The notes: generated from the sequence alone by a model not told the origin. A DNA stretch of 64,000 bases from Candidatus Entotheonellaceae bacterium (GCA_965238075.1 OZ250173.1:544001-608000), one strand, 5' to 3'; numbered from the stretch's first letter, positions 1-10,385 are shown. Numbers and translations: made by a program.

Positions 1-468
1 GAATCTGCCGACATAGATGTTGCCGACAGCCGGCAACTTGACGAATCCCGGGTAGACGTCGGTCCAACTTATGCTGCCGCCGGCGAAATCATATTCGGCC
101 TTGAAGCGGATGTACTTGTGCAGTGTACCCCGGATGTAGATGCGGCTGCGGCGGAAGAAGATGCGGTCTTTCGGCTCGTCCTCCGGCCACAATCCAGAGC
201 TTTCAATCTCATCGCTCGGCCGGATAAAGTTCCAGTCGTTCTGGATACGACCGCCGATACGAACCTCGACGTTCTTATCCAGGGTGCGGATACGTAGCCC
301 GTTATGCCACAGCGCCTCCATGTTCTTCGATGCGTCCGCCTTGGCGGAATCTTCCAGGCGCTGGACACGCTCCTCCAGGCTCATCGGGGCCTGAACCATC
401 GTGCCGGCGCCCAGGATGACCACCACCAGACCTAACGCTAATATGCTTACTCGCAACCGGCATTTCAC
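1..468 (-). CDS. Phosphate-selective porin OprO/OprP family (5' part; runs off window edge)
   Basis: Manual translation from GTG at 468 (RBS AGGGAGG): signal-peptide-like N-terminus, short coiled segment (SLEERVQRLE), then IGGRIQNDW...FFRRSRIYIRG...FKAEYDFAGG...DVY...GNIYVGRF typical of OprO/P porins. Not in the ORF track because it is open at the edge. Confidence 0.8.
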   Translation of the reverse strand, partial: MKCRLRVSILALGLVVVILGAGTMVQAPMSLEERVQRLEDSAKADASKNMEALWHNGLRIRTLDKNVEVRIGGRIQNDWNFIRPSDEIESSGLWPEDEPKDRIFFRRSRIYIRGTLHKYIRFKAEYDFAGGSISWTDVYPGFVKLPAVGNIYVGRF

Positions 469-603
469 TTAATCCTCCCTATTCCATATCAGGATGGGTC
501 TCTACCTCAAATCCTTTGTTCCCCAAGTCTGGTCGGATGTCGCCGCGGACACGAACAAGGTACGGTGAATGGCAAGAAGATACCTGGCCATCCATTAGGA
601 ACG

Positions 604-631
604 GGTAAAGATCAGGTTAAATATCGGTACA
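604..631 (-). promoter_or_regulatory. Pho-box-like site: three 6-bp direct repeats with 11-bp period
   Basis: Minus strand TGTACC-N5-TTAACC-N5-TTTACC (plus-strand GGTAAA 604, GGTTAA 615, GGTACA 626), upstream of a phosphate porin. Confidence 0.6.
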
Positions 632-648
632 ATACGCATCCGCGGGGT

Positions 649-1479
649 TCAGGTGGGATTCGCGTCGTGCCGTTCAGCCGCCAGGCGCCACACCAGACCG
701 CCCAACGGTCCGCCGATCAACGGCCCGACGATATACACCCAGAAGCCGCCGTCCGGTCCGGGAATCGCCACCCTCCCCCAGCCCAGCACGAAGGCCACCA
801 GGCGCGGGCCGAAATCGCGCGCCGGATTCCAGCCGCCCTGCGTCAGCGGCGCGAACAGGCTGATCAGCACCGCCACGGTGAAGCCGATAAAGAACGGCGT
901 CAGGTTGACGCCGGGCTTGTCAGCGTTGCGCGGCGACGTGAGCGCGAAGATCACCAGCACCAGCACCGCAGTGCCAAATCCCTCAACCAGCGCCGCCTGC
1001 CAGGGGGAAACGAGGGCGCGCGCCGTTGCGTCGGTGCCGAACATCGCCGGGTTGGGAAAGTATTCGCCAAAGACCATGGCGGACAACTCACTGCCCGGCG
1101 CGCCGCGCACGATCCCCTTGACCGCCTCGAAGCGCCGCAGCAGGGGGCCAAACAACACGGCCACCGTGGCGCCGGCCAGAACCGCGCCGGCGAGTTGCGC
1201 CGCCACGTAGGGCAGCAGTCGCTTGGCAGGGAAACCCGCCGGACGCAGCAAGGCCATGGACAGGGAGACCGCCGGGTTGAGGTGCGCCCCCGACAGACCG
1301 GCCGACACGTAGATCGCCAGCGTAACGCCAAAGCCCCATACTGCCGCCACCTGCCACAACCCCACCTGCGCGCCCGACAACACCGCGCTCGCCACCGATC
1401 CGGTGCCGAACAGTACCAACAGGTAGGTGCCCAGCACCTCGCCTGCCAACGCCCGCCGCATCGGTGGGTGGGGGTTCAT
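649..1479 (-). CDS. MIP family channel, aquaglyceroporin (GlpF-like)
   Basis: SGAHLNPAV and GGWNPARDFGPR motifs; multiple hydrophobic helices. Confidence 0.92.
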   Translation of the reverse strand: MNPHPPMRRALAGEVLGTYLLVLFGTGSVASAVLSGAQVGLWQVAAVWGFGVTLAIYVSAGLSGAHLNPAVSLSMALLRPAGFPAKRLLPYVAAQLAGAVLAGATVAVLFGPLLRRFEAVKGIVRGAPGSELSAMVFGEYFPNPAMFGTDATARALVSPWQAALVEGFGTAVLVLVIFALTSPRNADKPGVNLTPFFIGFTVAVLISLFAPLTQGGWNPARDFGPRLVAFVLGWGRVAIPGPDGGFWVYIVGPLIGGPLGGLVWRLAAERHDANPT

Positions 1480-1582
1480 GGCCGTGTCTCCCTTATCTGC
1501 GTGGGGCTTACGTTATCAGCAGGACGTTAACGTGGGGCTGAAATCTTATTGTGTTCGCGTTAGGACGCCGTGACTGTGCACC

Positions 1583-1730
1583 TAGAGCACTTTCGGATCA
1601 GGACGACTTGCATCTGAGACGCGTCTCGCTTCGGCTTTCCCCTCCCCCCTTCGGCGGGGGAGGGTCAGGGAGAGGGGGCGTATGGGCCGGCGGATATCTT
1701 CCTGATGCAATCAGATACGGAAATGCACTA
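1583..1730. mobile_element. MITE-like element (~148 bp) with imperfect TIRs, internal GC-rich hairpin
   Basis: Left end TAGAGCACTTTCGGATCAG versus reverse complement of right end TAGTGCATTTCCGTATCTG; both ends in CTAG context; internal CCTCCCCCCTTCGGCGGGGGAGG hairpin. Confidence 0.6.
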
Positions 1731-1819
1731 GCAAAAGGTGGAGTCGCACGTGGAAGTCCGGGTGGTGTCGTGGAAGCAACCCTATTTCTTGACCTCGCGT
1801 GCGGGTGATATTGCGCCTT

Positions 1820-1903
1820 GTCACCCCGGCGAAAGCCGGGGTCCAGGTGCTTTCTGGGAGCAACGAACCGGGGCCGCTGGATTCCGGCATGCGCCGAAAT
1901 GAC
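1820..1903. repeat. Inverted REP-like doublet
   Basis: GTCACCCCGGCGAAAGCCGGGGTCCAG...CTGGATTCCGGCATGCGCCGAAATGAC; related copies at ~39950, ~56206 and ~58155. Confidence 0.75.
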
Positions 1904-2021
1904 CATTTGGGGCAGAGGCATGGTGGACTGGGGTGGGATCGACGTTATCTGTTGCAGGTGTACACCGACTGACGCCCCCAGCAACTGCCATGCTCGGCCG
2001 CGCCGATCAAAGGGGCGGAAC

Positions 2022-2056
2022 AAAAAAAGGCCGCAGACGCTGAAGGTCTGCGGCCC
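2022..2056 (-). terminator. Rho-independent terminator of amidohydrolase gene
   Basis: Minus strand GGCCGCAGAC-loop-GTCTGCGGCC followed by T7. Confidence 0.85.
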
Positions 2057-2082
2057 GAAAGTGCCGTGGAACGGCTTATTGA

Positions 2083-3588
2083 CTATGCCCGCCTGGCGAT
2101 ATACCCATAGGCTGCGTTGTCACGCATGGCCTCAAGGCTGCCGGCCTGGCGGTATTCCTGTTTCAACTGCGCAAACTTGTCCTCGGTCAGCGGACGATAA
2201 TCCGCGCTCAGGTCAAGGTTGTACACGCGGGCGGAGTTGTGCCCGAAGATCTGATTCTTGACCGCGCCATTGGCCGGACCTAACGGCGCAAAGCCATGCT
2301 TCTTCTGCATATCCTCCGGGATTTCGAGGCGGCGGAACGCCTCGATCTGCCACTGCGGCGAGCCGTACCACACCGAATCAGAGCCCCATACCACGTTGGA
2401 AGCCCCGAGGCCCTTGATCCACGTCCCCAGCAGCGCCGCCGAAAATCGCGGGTTCACCGAGGACATAGCGAAGCTGGTGCCCATCTCCGCGTAGACGTTG
2501 TTGGTACCCGTGGATTCGGGCACCCTGGCAAGATCGCTCGCCCACTTGATTTCGCCGGTGCGCTCAAACTCCTCCAGCACCGCCGTCGGGTCTTCCAGGA
2601 ACGGCCGCAGGCAGCCGTGGTAGATGACGAAGTTGAGCTGCGGCCAATCCTTGGCGGCCTTGAGCAGGTCGCGCGGCGTCTGATACTGCCACACCCCGGC
2701 CCAGCTCTGCTCGTAATCCGCCGGCATCAGTCCCTTGTGAATGCACATGGTCCGGATGCCCGCCTTGTCGATCTTCTCGTAGAACGGATACATCAGCTTC
2801 TCGTCGTCGAGCCAGAACGGGTACTTCGTCTTGGCCGTCAGCGGATCGCCGATGGTGTACAGCTTCCAACTGGCGGGCGGGCGCTCGGCGAGCGCCTGGT
2901 CCACCTCGTCCATCCAGCCGGGCTGCCCGGGGGTGACGACCGCATGACCCAGCATGCGCGTGCTGCCCGCGGTGGTGTTGACCATCTTCACGGCTTCGTG
3001 GATCTGCTCGTTAGGCAGGATCCACCACGACGGATCGTCAAACGGCGCTCCGCTCAACACCGCCACCGAGGTGTCGCTGTTCAAGTAGATTTGCCGGACG
3101 TAGTTCTCGAACTTGTAGTAGTAGAGGTTGGTCTGTTCGTCCTGGGTCAACGCCGGGTTCCAGAACTGCCCTGCATACTGACCCAGCCCTAACAGTTCCT
3201 CATACTGGAAATCATCGCGGATGAAGTGCGTCTGGTCATCGAAGATGAACTGGCCCTTGAGCGCCTCGACACGCTCCGCCGCTCTGGCGGGGTCGGCTGC
3301 CTCGGCCTCGGAGACATCATAGAAGTTGCCAAACACGTCGTTCATGGCCACGAAGGCCGCCGCCATGCCGCAGCTTGTGCTCAGGAATTGGCGCCGGTCC
3401 AAACCCTGTTTGGCGCCATATTTGTCCGCCAACTCCTTGATACGCGCTTCCACTTGCTGCTGTTGGCGCGTCTGCGGTAGCGGATTGAATTCCCCATTCG
3501 AGATCATTTGGGTCGGCACCGGCGAGCGAAAGGCTCCTTCCGCCGGTTCCACTTGTGCGAGTTCCCGATCGCTGAGATAAATGCCCAT
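2083..3588 (-). CDS. Amidohydrolase family (TIM-barrel metal-dependent hydrolase) with internal twin-Arg-like motif
   Basis: Start MGIYLS after GGAGG; DDQTHF, CIHKG, VIYH, WGSDSVW motifs; LDRRQFL segment about 65 aa in. Confidence 0.85.
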   Translation of the reverse strand: MGIYLSDRELAQVEPAEGAFRSPVPTQMISNGEFNPLPQTRQQQQVEARIKELADKYGAKQGLDRRQFLSTSCGMAAAFVAMNDVFGNFYDVSEAEAADPARAAERVEALKGQFIFDDQTHFIRDDFQYEELLGLGQYAGQFWNPALTQDEQTNLYYYKFENYVRQIYLNSDTSVAVLSGAPFDDPSWWILPNEQIHEAVKMVNTTAGSTRMLGHAVVTPGQPGWMDEVDQALAERPPASWKLYTIGDPLTAKTKYPFWLDDEKLMYPFYEKIDKAGIRTMCIHKGLMPADYEQSWAGVWQYQTPRDLLKAAKDWPQLNFVIYHGCLRPFLEDPTAVLEEFERTGEIKWASDLARVPESTGTNNVYAEMGTSFAMSSVNPRFSAALLGTWIKGLGASNVVWGSDSVWYGSPQWQIEAFRRLEIPEDMQKKHGFAPLGPANGAVKNQIFGHNSARVYNLDLSADYRPLTEDKFAQLKQEYRQAGSLEAMRDNAAYGYIARRA

Positions 3589-3986
3589 TACCTGATCCTC
3601 CTTCAGATTGACAGCAGTGACGGCAAAGGCCACGTCAGGACAACAACACAAACCATACCGCTTGCGCGCGTGAACGCATGCCCAGCGGGCATACCACCAT
3701 ACCCTCCTGAATTCAGGGTGGACCGGTTTCGTGTCACGCGTGCCTGTCAATATACCCTTGAAGTTTTTGATGTCTACCCAAATGTGGATTTCGTGCGATG
3801 CGTTTCGTTGATGAAGGCAATTGTTGCAACAAAACAGCGGGCTTGGAGGATTCCATTTCATCCTGAAACACTATATACCCACTCTCCCTGGCGGCTCTTC
3901 TGTCCTTGCTCACATCCGATCAATTGAAGTACGATAACCGAACCACACAATCGAGCGACTCTCTTACGCACCACTCCGAGGGAGCC

Positions 3987-6151
3987 ATGCCCAGCAGTCA
4001 GCCCGTGCCGTCGTGCCAAGCCATCGACCTGCAGGATCCCCGCCTTTACCTCAATCGCGAAACCGCTTGGCTGCAGTTCAATGGGCGGGTTCTGGAAGAG
4101 GCCCTGAACGCCGACAACCCGCTTCTGGAGCGCGTCAAGTTTCTGTCCATATTCGCCACCAACCTGGACGAATTCTTCATGATCCGCGTCTCCGGCCTCA
4201 GCCGTCAGGTGACCGGCGGCGTCCTGGAAGCGCCGCCGGACGGTATGACGCCCCTGGAACAATTGGCGGCCATCCGCAAGACGCTTCTCGGCCATTTGGA
4301 ACAGGCCCTGGATTGCTGGCACCGCGATCTGTCTCCCAGGCTGCGGGACAGCGGCGTACCCATTCTGGGGATGTCCGAACTGGGCCACCACCAGAAGGCT
4401 TGGCTGCGTCGTTACTTCGCACGCGAGATTTTCCCGGCCCTGACGCCGTTAGCCTTCGACCCAGCCTGCACATAGCCTTCGACCCAGCCCACCCCTTCCC
4501 GCACATCTCCAACCTGAGCTTCAACCTCGCCGTGGTGGTCAGCGACCCGCAGGGCGGCGAGCGCTTCGCGCGCGTCAAAATCTCCGACGTGTCGCCCAGT
4601 CTGATGTGCCTGCCGAACGAAGCCGACCTCGAAAAGAACCCCGAAACCGATGTCAGCGAGGTGCAGGCCAGTAACTTCGTGCCCGTTGAGGAAGTGGTGG
4701 CGGCCAACCTTGACATGCTGTTTCCGGGCATCGACGTCATGGCCGCCTACCCGTTCCGCATCACCCGCGACGCCGACCTGGAAATAAAGGACGACGAAGC
4801 GTCCGACCTGCTGACCAGCGTCGAGGCACAAATCGAAATGCGCCACTGGGGCTCGGTCGTTCGGCTGGAGATTGACCGCAACATGCCGGAACGCATCCGC
4901 GACGTGCTGAAGCGCAACCTGGAGCTGGAACCGTTCCAGGTATACACCATCGACGGCCCGCTGAACTTGGCCGGGTTGATGGAACTGACCCGCGTCGAAC
5001 GCCCGGACCTGAAGGACCAACCGTACCTGCCGGTCATCGCCCCGCCGCTGGCCAAGCGCGAACGGCTGTTCGACACTATCCGGCGCCAGGACGTGCTGCT
5101 CTATCACCCGTACGACAGCTTCGTGCCCGTGGTGGACTTCATCCGCGAGGCCGCCAGCGACCCGGACGTGCTGGCAATCAAGCAGACGCTGTACCGCGTC
5201 GGACCCAATTCGCCCATTGTCGCGGCCCTGATGGAGGCGAGAGAGAACCAAAAACAGGTGGCCGTGCTGCTCGAACTGAAGGCGCGCTTCGACGAGGAGA
5301 ACAACATCGCCTGGGCGCGGGCGCTGGAGGACGAGGGGGTGCACGTGGTCTATGGCGTGCTGGGGCTCAAGACGCACGCCAAGATGTGCCTGGTGGTACG
5401 CCGTGACCCGGACGGCATCCGCTGCTACGTGCATCTGGGCACCGGCAACTACAACCCGGTCACCAGCCGCATTTACACTGACCTGAGCTACTTCACCTGC
5501 AACCCGGACATCAGCGCCGACGTGGCGGACCTGTTCAACGCCCTGACGGGATATTCGGATAAGGGAACCTACCGCCGGCTGCTGGTGGCGCCGCGCACCA
5601 TGCGGCAGCAGATCGGGGCGCGCATCGAGCGCGAGATTGCCCGCCACCGCGAGCACGGCGACGGCTACATTGCCTTCAAGATGAACGCCTTGGTGGATAC
5701 GGACTGCATCCAGGCTCTGTACCGCGCCTCGCAGGCCGGTGTGCCCATTGACCTGCAGGTGCGCGGCATCTGCTGCCTGTCGCCGGGTGTGCCGGGAGTG
5801 AGCGAGACCATTACGGTGACCTCGATCGTCGGACGTTTTCTCGAACACGCACGCATTTATTTCTTCCGAAACGGGGGGCAGTCCGAGGTGTTTCTGGGCA
5901 GCGCCGACCTGATGCCGCGCAACCTGGACCGGCGCGTCGAGATTCTGTTCCCGGTGGTGCCGTCACGGCTGCGCGACACCATTATCCGCGACATCCTCGA
6001 GGTGCATCTGAAGGACAACACGCGGGCACGGTGTTTGTTGGCCGATGGCCATTACGAGCCGCTTGGTGGGGCGCCGGGGACGATTCCGCTCAACTCCCAG
6101 GAATGGCTGATGCAACATTGGCGAGACAAAGGAACGATACGTGAAGGGTAA
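3987..6151 (+). pseudogene. ppk1: Polyphosphate kinase 1, frameshifted at ~4450-4489
   Basis: N-part YLNRETAWLQFNGRVLEEA...LERVKFLSIFATNLDEFFMIRVSG; C-part HPYDSF, ELKARFDEENNI, LKTHAK, RFLEHAR, SADLMPRNLDRRVE. Removing a 23-nt insertion restores LAFDPAHPFP in one frame. Confidence 0.9.
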
Positions 6152-7541
6152 ATACGTCATGGCCTTTATGGTCAAGGACAAGCAGGATGCCGACTTCTGT
6201 TTCCACGGCGCCCGGACCCTGTTGCAGCACCTCAACACCATGAGCGGGATGATCGACGGCGTGCGGCAGAACGAGGACATCGAGTGCCTGCACCGCATGC
6301 GGGTCGCCTCGCGCCGCCTACGCAGCCTGCTGCCGCTGTTCAGTGACTGCCTGCCGCCGAAACAGCGCACGCGCTGGCGCAAGCAACTGCGCCGGGTGAC
6401 GCGGGCCTTGGGCAAGGCGCGGGATGCCGACGTGCAAATCGCCTGTCTGCAAGAGGCGCTGGCCGCCTGCAGCGACGACCGGCAACGCCCCGGGCTGGAA
6501 CGCCTGCTATTGCGCTTCAAGCAGCAGCGTCAGGCCATGCAGGCACCGCTCGTGAGCACCCTGGCGCGCCTGACATCGCCCCGCCGCCTCAGCCGGATGG
6601 AGATGGCTCTGCGCTACCTGCTCGCCACCAGCCAACTGTACGCTACCCCCGAATCGGCTCGTCACACCTACCACCGCAGTCGCAATGCCATTCTGCGGCG
6701 CCTGCAGACGGTGCTGGCCGCCGCCGCAACCATTCGCGGCCCCCAGAGCGGCGCGCAATTGCACGCCACGCGCGTCACCATCAAGCGGCTGCGCTACACC
6801 CTGCAGGCGTTCGCGCCACTGTACCCGGACACCCTCAATGACGCCATCCGCGCGGCCCGCAAGCTCCAGGACGTGCTGGGGAACCTGCACGACTGCGACG
6901 TGTGGGTGGGAACCCTGCCGCAGTTTCTTGAGGAAGAAAAGGCGCGCACCCTGACGTATTTCGGCGACACCCAGCCCTTCGAGGCCCTGGCTCCGGGCGT
7001 CATGGCGCTGCGCGACCAGCGCCAGCAGCACCGCGTCAAATTCTTCAAGGAGTTCGAGGCGCTGTGGCAACGGGCGCTAGATAAAGACGTCTGGGTCCGA
7101 CTGTGCCGCGCCCTGGACACCCCGCCGCTGCCGGCGCACGAGAATGGCCCCGAGCCCGCCTCGGCAGCAGCCGGCGTGGAACTGCCGATGCCGGAAGAAC
7201 TGGTACAACTGGAAGACACTCTGCGCGCTTCGCACCAGGCTTGGCAGTGGCATGTGGCGACGCTCATCACGCGCGTTCCTGCCGGTCGGCTGATCACATA
7301 CGGGCGCCTGGCCGAGTGGGCCAACGCCTCTCATGGCCTGCGGATTGGCGCCTCCAACGTGGCTTGGCTGCGCACCCACCTGCAGAACCTGTTCGGCGGC
7401 AGCACTGCCGTGCCTCTTCACCGCCTGGCCAAAACCGGCGATCTGTACTCCCTCCAGGAAACCCCCGCGCGCAAAAGGCTCAACGATCAATTGCGCGCCC
7501 CGGAAGGCTCCCTCACACACCCCCTGTGGTGGCAGCCCTGA
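6141..7541 (+). CDS. CHAD domain (polyphosphate-binding) protein with C-terminal ATL/MGMT-like DNA-binding domain
   Basis: LHRMRVASRRLRS, LGKARDADV, HATRVTIKRLRY, QDVLGNLHDCDV (CHAD); C-terminal RVPAGRLITYGRLA...VPLHRL...LRAPEG. Confidence 0.85.
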   Translation: MKGKYVMAFMVKDKQDADFCFHGARTLLQHLNTMSGMIDGVRQNEDIECLHRMRVASRRLRSLLPLFSDCLPPKQRTRWRKQLRRVTRALGKARDADVQIACLQEALAACSDDRQRPGLERLLLRFKQQRQAMQAPLVSTLARLTSPRRLSRMEMALRYLLATSQLYATPESARHTYHRSRNAILRRLQTVLAAAATIRGPQSGAQLHATRVTIKRLRYTLQAFAPLYPDTLNDAIRAARKLQDVLGNLHDCDVWVGTLPQFLEEEKARTLTYFGDTQPFEALAPGVMALRDQRQQHRVKFFKEFEALWQRALDKDVWVRLCRALDTPPLPAHENGPEPASAAAGVELPMPEELVQLEDTLRASHQAWQWHVATLITRVPAGRLITYGRLAEWANASHGLRIGASNVAWLRTHLQNLFGGSTAVPLHRLAKTGDLYSLQETPARKRLNDQLRAPEGSLTHPLWWQP

Positions 7542-7606
7542 AGCCGTCCCAGCCCCGCGAAGCGAGTGATATCCGCTCGCTTCCCCATCACCTTTCGAGA
7601 GCCTGC

Positions 7607-8643
7607 ATGAACGCCACCCCGACGCCTACGGAAGCGCGCCATGTCGCCTTCATCGACATCGGCACCAACTCCATCCGCCTGTTGCTGGTACGCATCAATC
7701 CGAACCACTCAAACAACGTGCTCATCCAGCTCAAACAGACCGTGCGCCTGGGTGAGGGAGAATTCGACGCCCAGGTCCTGCAACCCGATGCCATCGACGG
7801 CGCCATAAGTGTCAGCCAACAGTTCGCTTCGCTGATTCGCTCATATGACGCCGACGACGTCATTGCCGTGGCCACCGCGGCGACCCGCGAGGCGAAGAAC
7901 CGGCGGGAGTTTATACAGCGCTTGCAGGAAGCGGCGCAGCTCGACGTGCGCGTGGTGTCGGGGCAGGAAGAGGCGCGACTGATCTATCTCGGCGTTTCCA
8001 GCGGCTTTCACCTTGAAGACAAACAGGCGTTCTTCATCGACATCGGCGGCGGCAGCACCGAGGTCATCCTGGGCACGCAGCACCATTACCACTACCTCAA
8101 CTCACTGAGGCTCGGGGCCATCCGCCTGAGCGCGCAGTTCCCCGCCGGCGCCCACGGGGTGGTATCGCCGGGCAAATACAGCCGCATCCTGCGCTACGTG
8201 CAGCGCCACGCCGTGCACACCCTGCGGGAAATACGAGGGCACGACATCGATCTCGCGCTCGGCAGTTCCGGCACCATCGAGAACCTCGCCGACATTGCAG
8301 CACGTCGCTTCGCCAAGCGGCGGTTGCAGCGCGACGACGTGCTGACGACAGCACATCTTCGGGAAGTCGTGAAGATGCTCGGTGCTATGCCACTGAAGGA
8401 ACGCCGCCGGGTGCCGGGGCTAAATCCCGAACGCGCCGATATCGTCCTGGCCGGCGGCGCCATTCTGGAAGCCTTCATGCAGGCCCTGGACATCCCGGCC
8501 ATCCGCATCAGCGACCGAGGGCTGCGCGAGGGGCTGCTCATGGATTAACTGCTGCGGCACGGGCATGCCACGGCGCTGCAGGACCTGTCCGTCCGCCAAC
8601 GCAGCGTCCTCGACTTGGGCCGCACCTGTCATTTCGACCAAGG
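7607..8643 (+). pseudogene. ppx: Exopolyphosphatase Ppx/GppA with premature TAA (8546-8548), HD domain lost
   Basis: FIDIGTNSIRL, ATAATREA, GQEEARLIY, DIGGGSTE, GLREG. After TAA the frame continues LLRHGH...VRQRSVLDLGRTCHFDQ (start of the HD-domain region), then switches to lower-GC unrelated sequence. Confidence 0.85.
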
Positions 8644-9007
8644 CGATCTGAGAGTTACGATTTTCGGAGACTGTAATGACATAAACGACAAAAACGCTGA
8701 TCATCAGTGGAGGCTCAAGGAAGACGCGGTTTCGCTCCTCATACCAGGAACGTTTGTCCCCGGAATTGCGGCTTATTGCGCCCGCCATGTCGGCAGGGAC
8801 GAAGATCTTATTGCGGCAGCGACACTTTGGAATGAACGGCACAAAATATTTCTCCAACAAGTCATTCACGTCATACAGACAGAAGGAGGACTAACAGACC
8901 GCGAGAAGAGCGCGATCGATAAGTTGGCTTTTGTTATGGTAGAGAGAGAAGTGGGAGGGTCGGGCGACACGGCGAGTTATTGTCGGGGTGCATTTCGGGC
9001 AGACTGA
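8644..9007 (+). other. Foreign lower-GC coding fragment fused in frame to ppx remnant
   Basis: Open frame to TGA 9007 with abrupt composition change; no recognisable Ppx motifs. Confidence 0.4.
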
Positions 9008-9114
9008 AATCATTAACTCGGGTCAATTTGATCTTGACAAGATGGAGCAGACGAGAGCCACGCTCGGCCGAGTAATGGGTGAATAGGCCTGCTCCGGCCT
9101 CTTCTTTTGGCTGT

Positions 9115-10385
9115 TGACCTAGCCCCTTGAATCCGGGCCGCGGTGATGTAGAGTCCATTGGAGTTGGGAGGAAAGGGCTCTATGAAGCGCAGATTAACGG
9201 ACCAGCAGATCATCAGCATGATCCGCGAGCAAGAGGCGGGGTTGAAGACCTCGGAGGTGTGCCGCAAGCATGGCATCAGCGACGCCACCTTCTACAAGTA
9301 CAAGGCCAAGTTTGGCGGTATGACCGTCTGCAATGCGCGAAGACTGCGCGCCCTGGAGGCAGAAAACGCCAAGCTCAAGCGGCTCTTGGCCGAGGCCATG
9401 CTGGACAACTCTGCCCTGAAGGACCTGACGACAAAAAACTTCTGACGCCCGACGCCAAGCGAAGAGCCGTCCGGCACGTGATGACGGTACACGGCTTGAG
9501 CGAGCGGCGGGCGTGCCAGCTGGTGGCGCTGGACCGCTCCACGTTCCAGTATCACAAGAATCCGGATACGGACGCGGCCCTGAGAGAGCGGCTAAAGATG
9601 GTGGCCGGCGAGCGCCGCCGGTTCGGTTATCGGCGCTTGGGCATTCTGTTGCAGCGCCAGGGCTTCGTGGTGAATCACAAGAAGCTCTTTCGCCTTTACC
9701 GTGAAGAGGGGTTTGCGGTGCGGCGCAGGCGGGGCCGCAAGCGGGCTTTAGGGACCCGGAAGCCCAGGATTGTGCCGAGTCGCCCCAATGAGCGCTGGAG
9801 CCTGGACTTCGTCTCCGATAGTCTTGCCGATGGGCGGAGGTTTCGGGCCTTGTGCATCGTCGATGACTTCTCGCGCGAAGCCTTGGCCATCGTGCCGGAT
9901 TTCTCGCTGTCAGGAGTTCGGGTCGTCCGAGAGTTGGAGCGGCTCGTCTCGTTGCGTGGCAGGCCTATCGTGATGGTCTCGGACAACGGTACCGAGCTGA
10001 CCAGTCATGCGGTTCTCAAGTGGTCGCAGGAAGCCAGGATCGACTGGCATTACATCGCGCTGGGTAAGCCGACGTAGAATGCCTTCGTCGAAAGCTTCAT
10101 CGGCAGGCTGCGGGACGCATGCCTGAACGAGCATCTCTTGAGCACGTTGGCTGAGGCGCGCCTTCTGATTGAAGACTGGAGGCGGGACGACAACACACTT
10201 CGGCCGCACAGTTCGTTGGGCGGCCTGCCGCCAAGCATCTACGCCAACCTCGGGCGTATACCCCTACCTGCCCTGGTTAAGCCGCGTCATGGCTCTGACG
10301 GGCAGGCTCAGACGGCAACATTGCCGGAAGCAGTAACCGTGAACAGACTCTACTAACCGGTGGCCGGTATCAGGGGGCAGGGTCA
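9115..10385 (+). mobile_element. IS3-family insertion sequence (IS407-like), inactivated
   Basis: TIRs TGACCTAGCCCCTTGAATCCGG / TGACCCTGCCCCCTGATACCGG; orfA 9182-9445; AAAAAAC slippery site at ~9432; orfB with WSLDF, SDNGTE, and in-frame TAG at 10075 (GKPT*NAFVESF). No target duplication seen (ctgt / caac). Confidence 0.92.
9182..9445 (+). CDS. IS3 transposase OrfA (HTH)
   Basis: EVCRKHGISDATFYKYKAKFGG...LEAENAKLKRLLAE. Confidence 0.9.
   Translation: MKRRLTDQQIISMIREQEAGLKTSEVCRKHGISDATFYKYKAKFGGMTVCNARRLRALEAENAKLKRLLAEAMLDNSALKDLTTKNF

Noticed and set aside
3330-3400. Tat signal (DRRQFL) in amidohydrolase
   Set aside because: Lies about 65 residues from a well-supported start; export cannot be supported from sequence alone.
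3732-3750. Pho box upstream of ppk1 (TGTCA x2)
   Set aside because: Spacing is 13 bp, not 11.
4450-4489. Mini-CRISPR or programmed frameshift
   Set aside because: Only two 17-bp copies of coding sequence with a 6-bp spacer; no cas genes; no slippery run.
8546-10077. Stop-codon readthrough or recoding at ppx TAA, IS3 TAG (also hicB TAG 60472)
   Set aside because: Different stop codons at Tyr/Gln-type positions in already damaged genes; TAA and TAG terminate normal genes in this window, so these are simple nonsense mutations.
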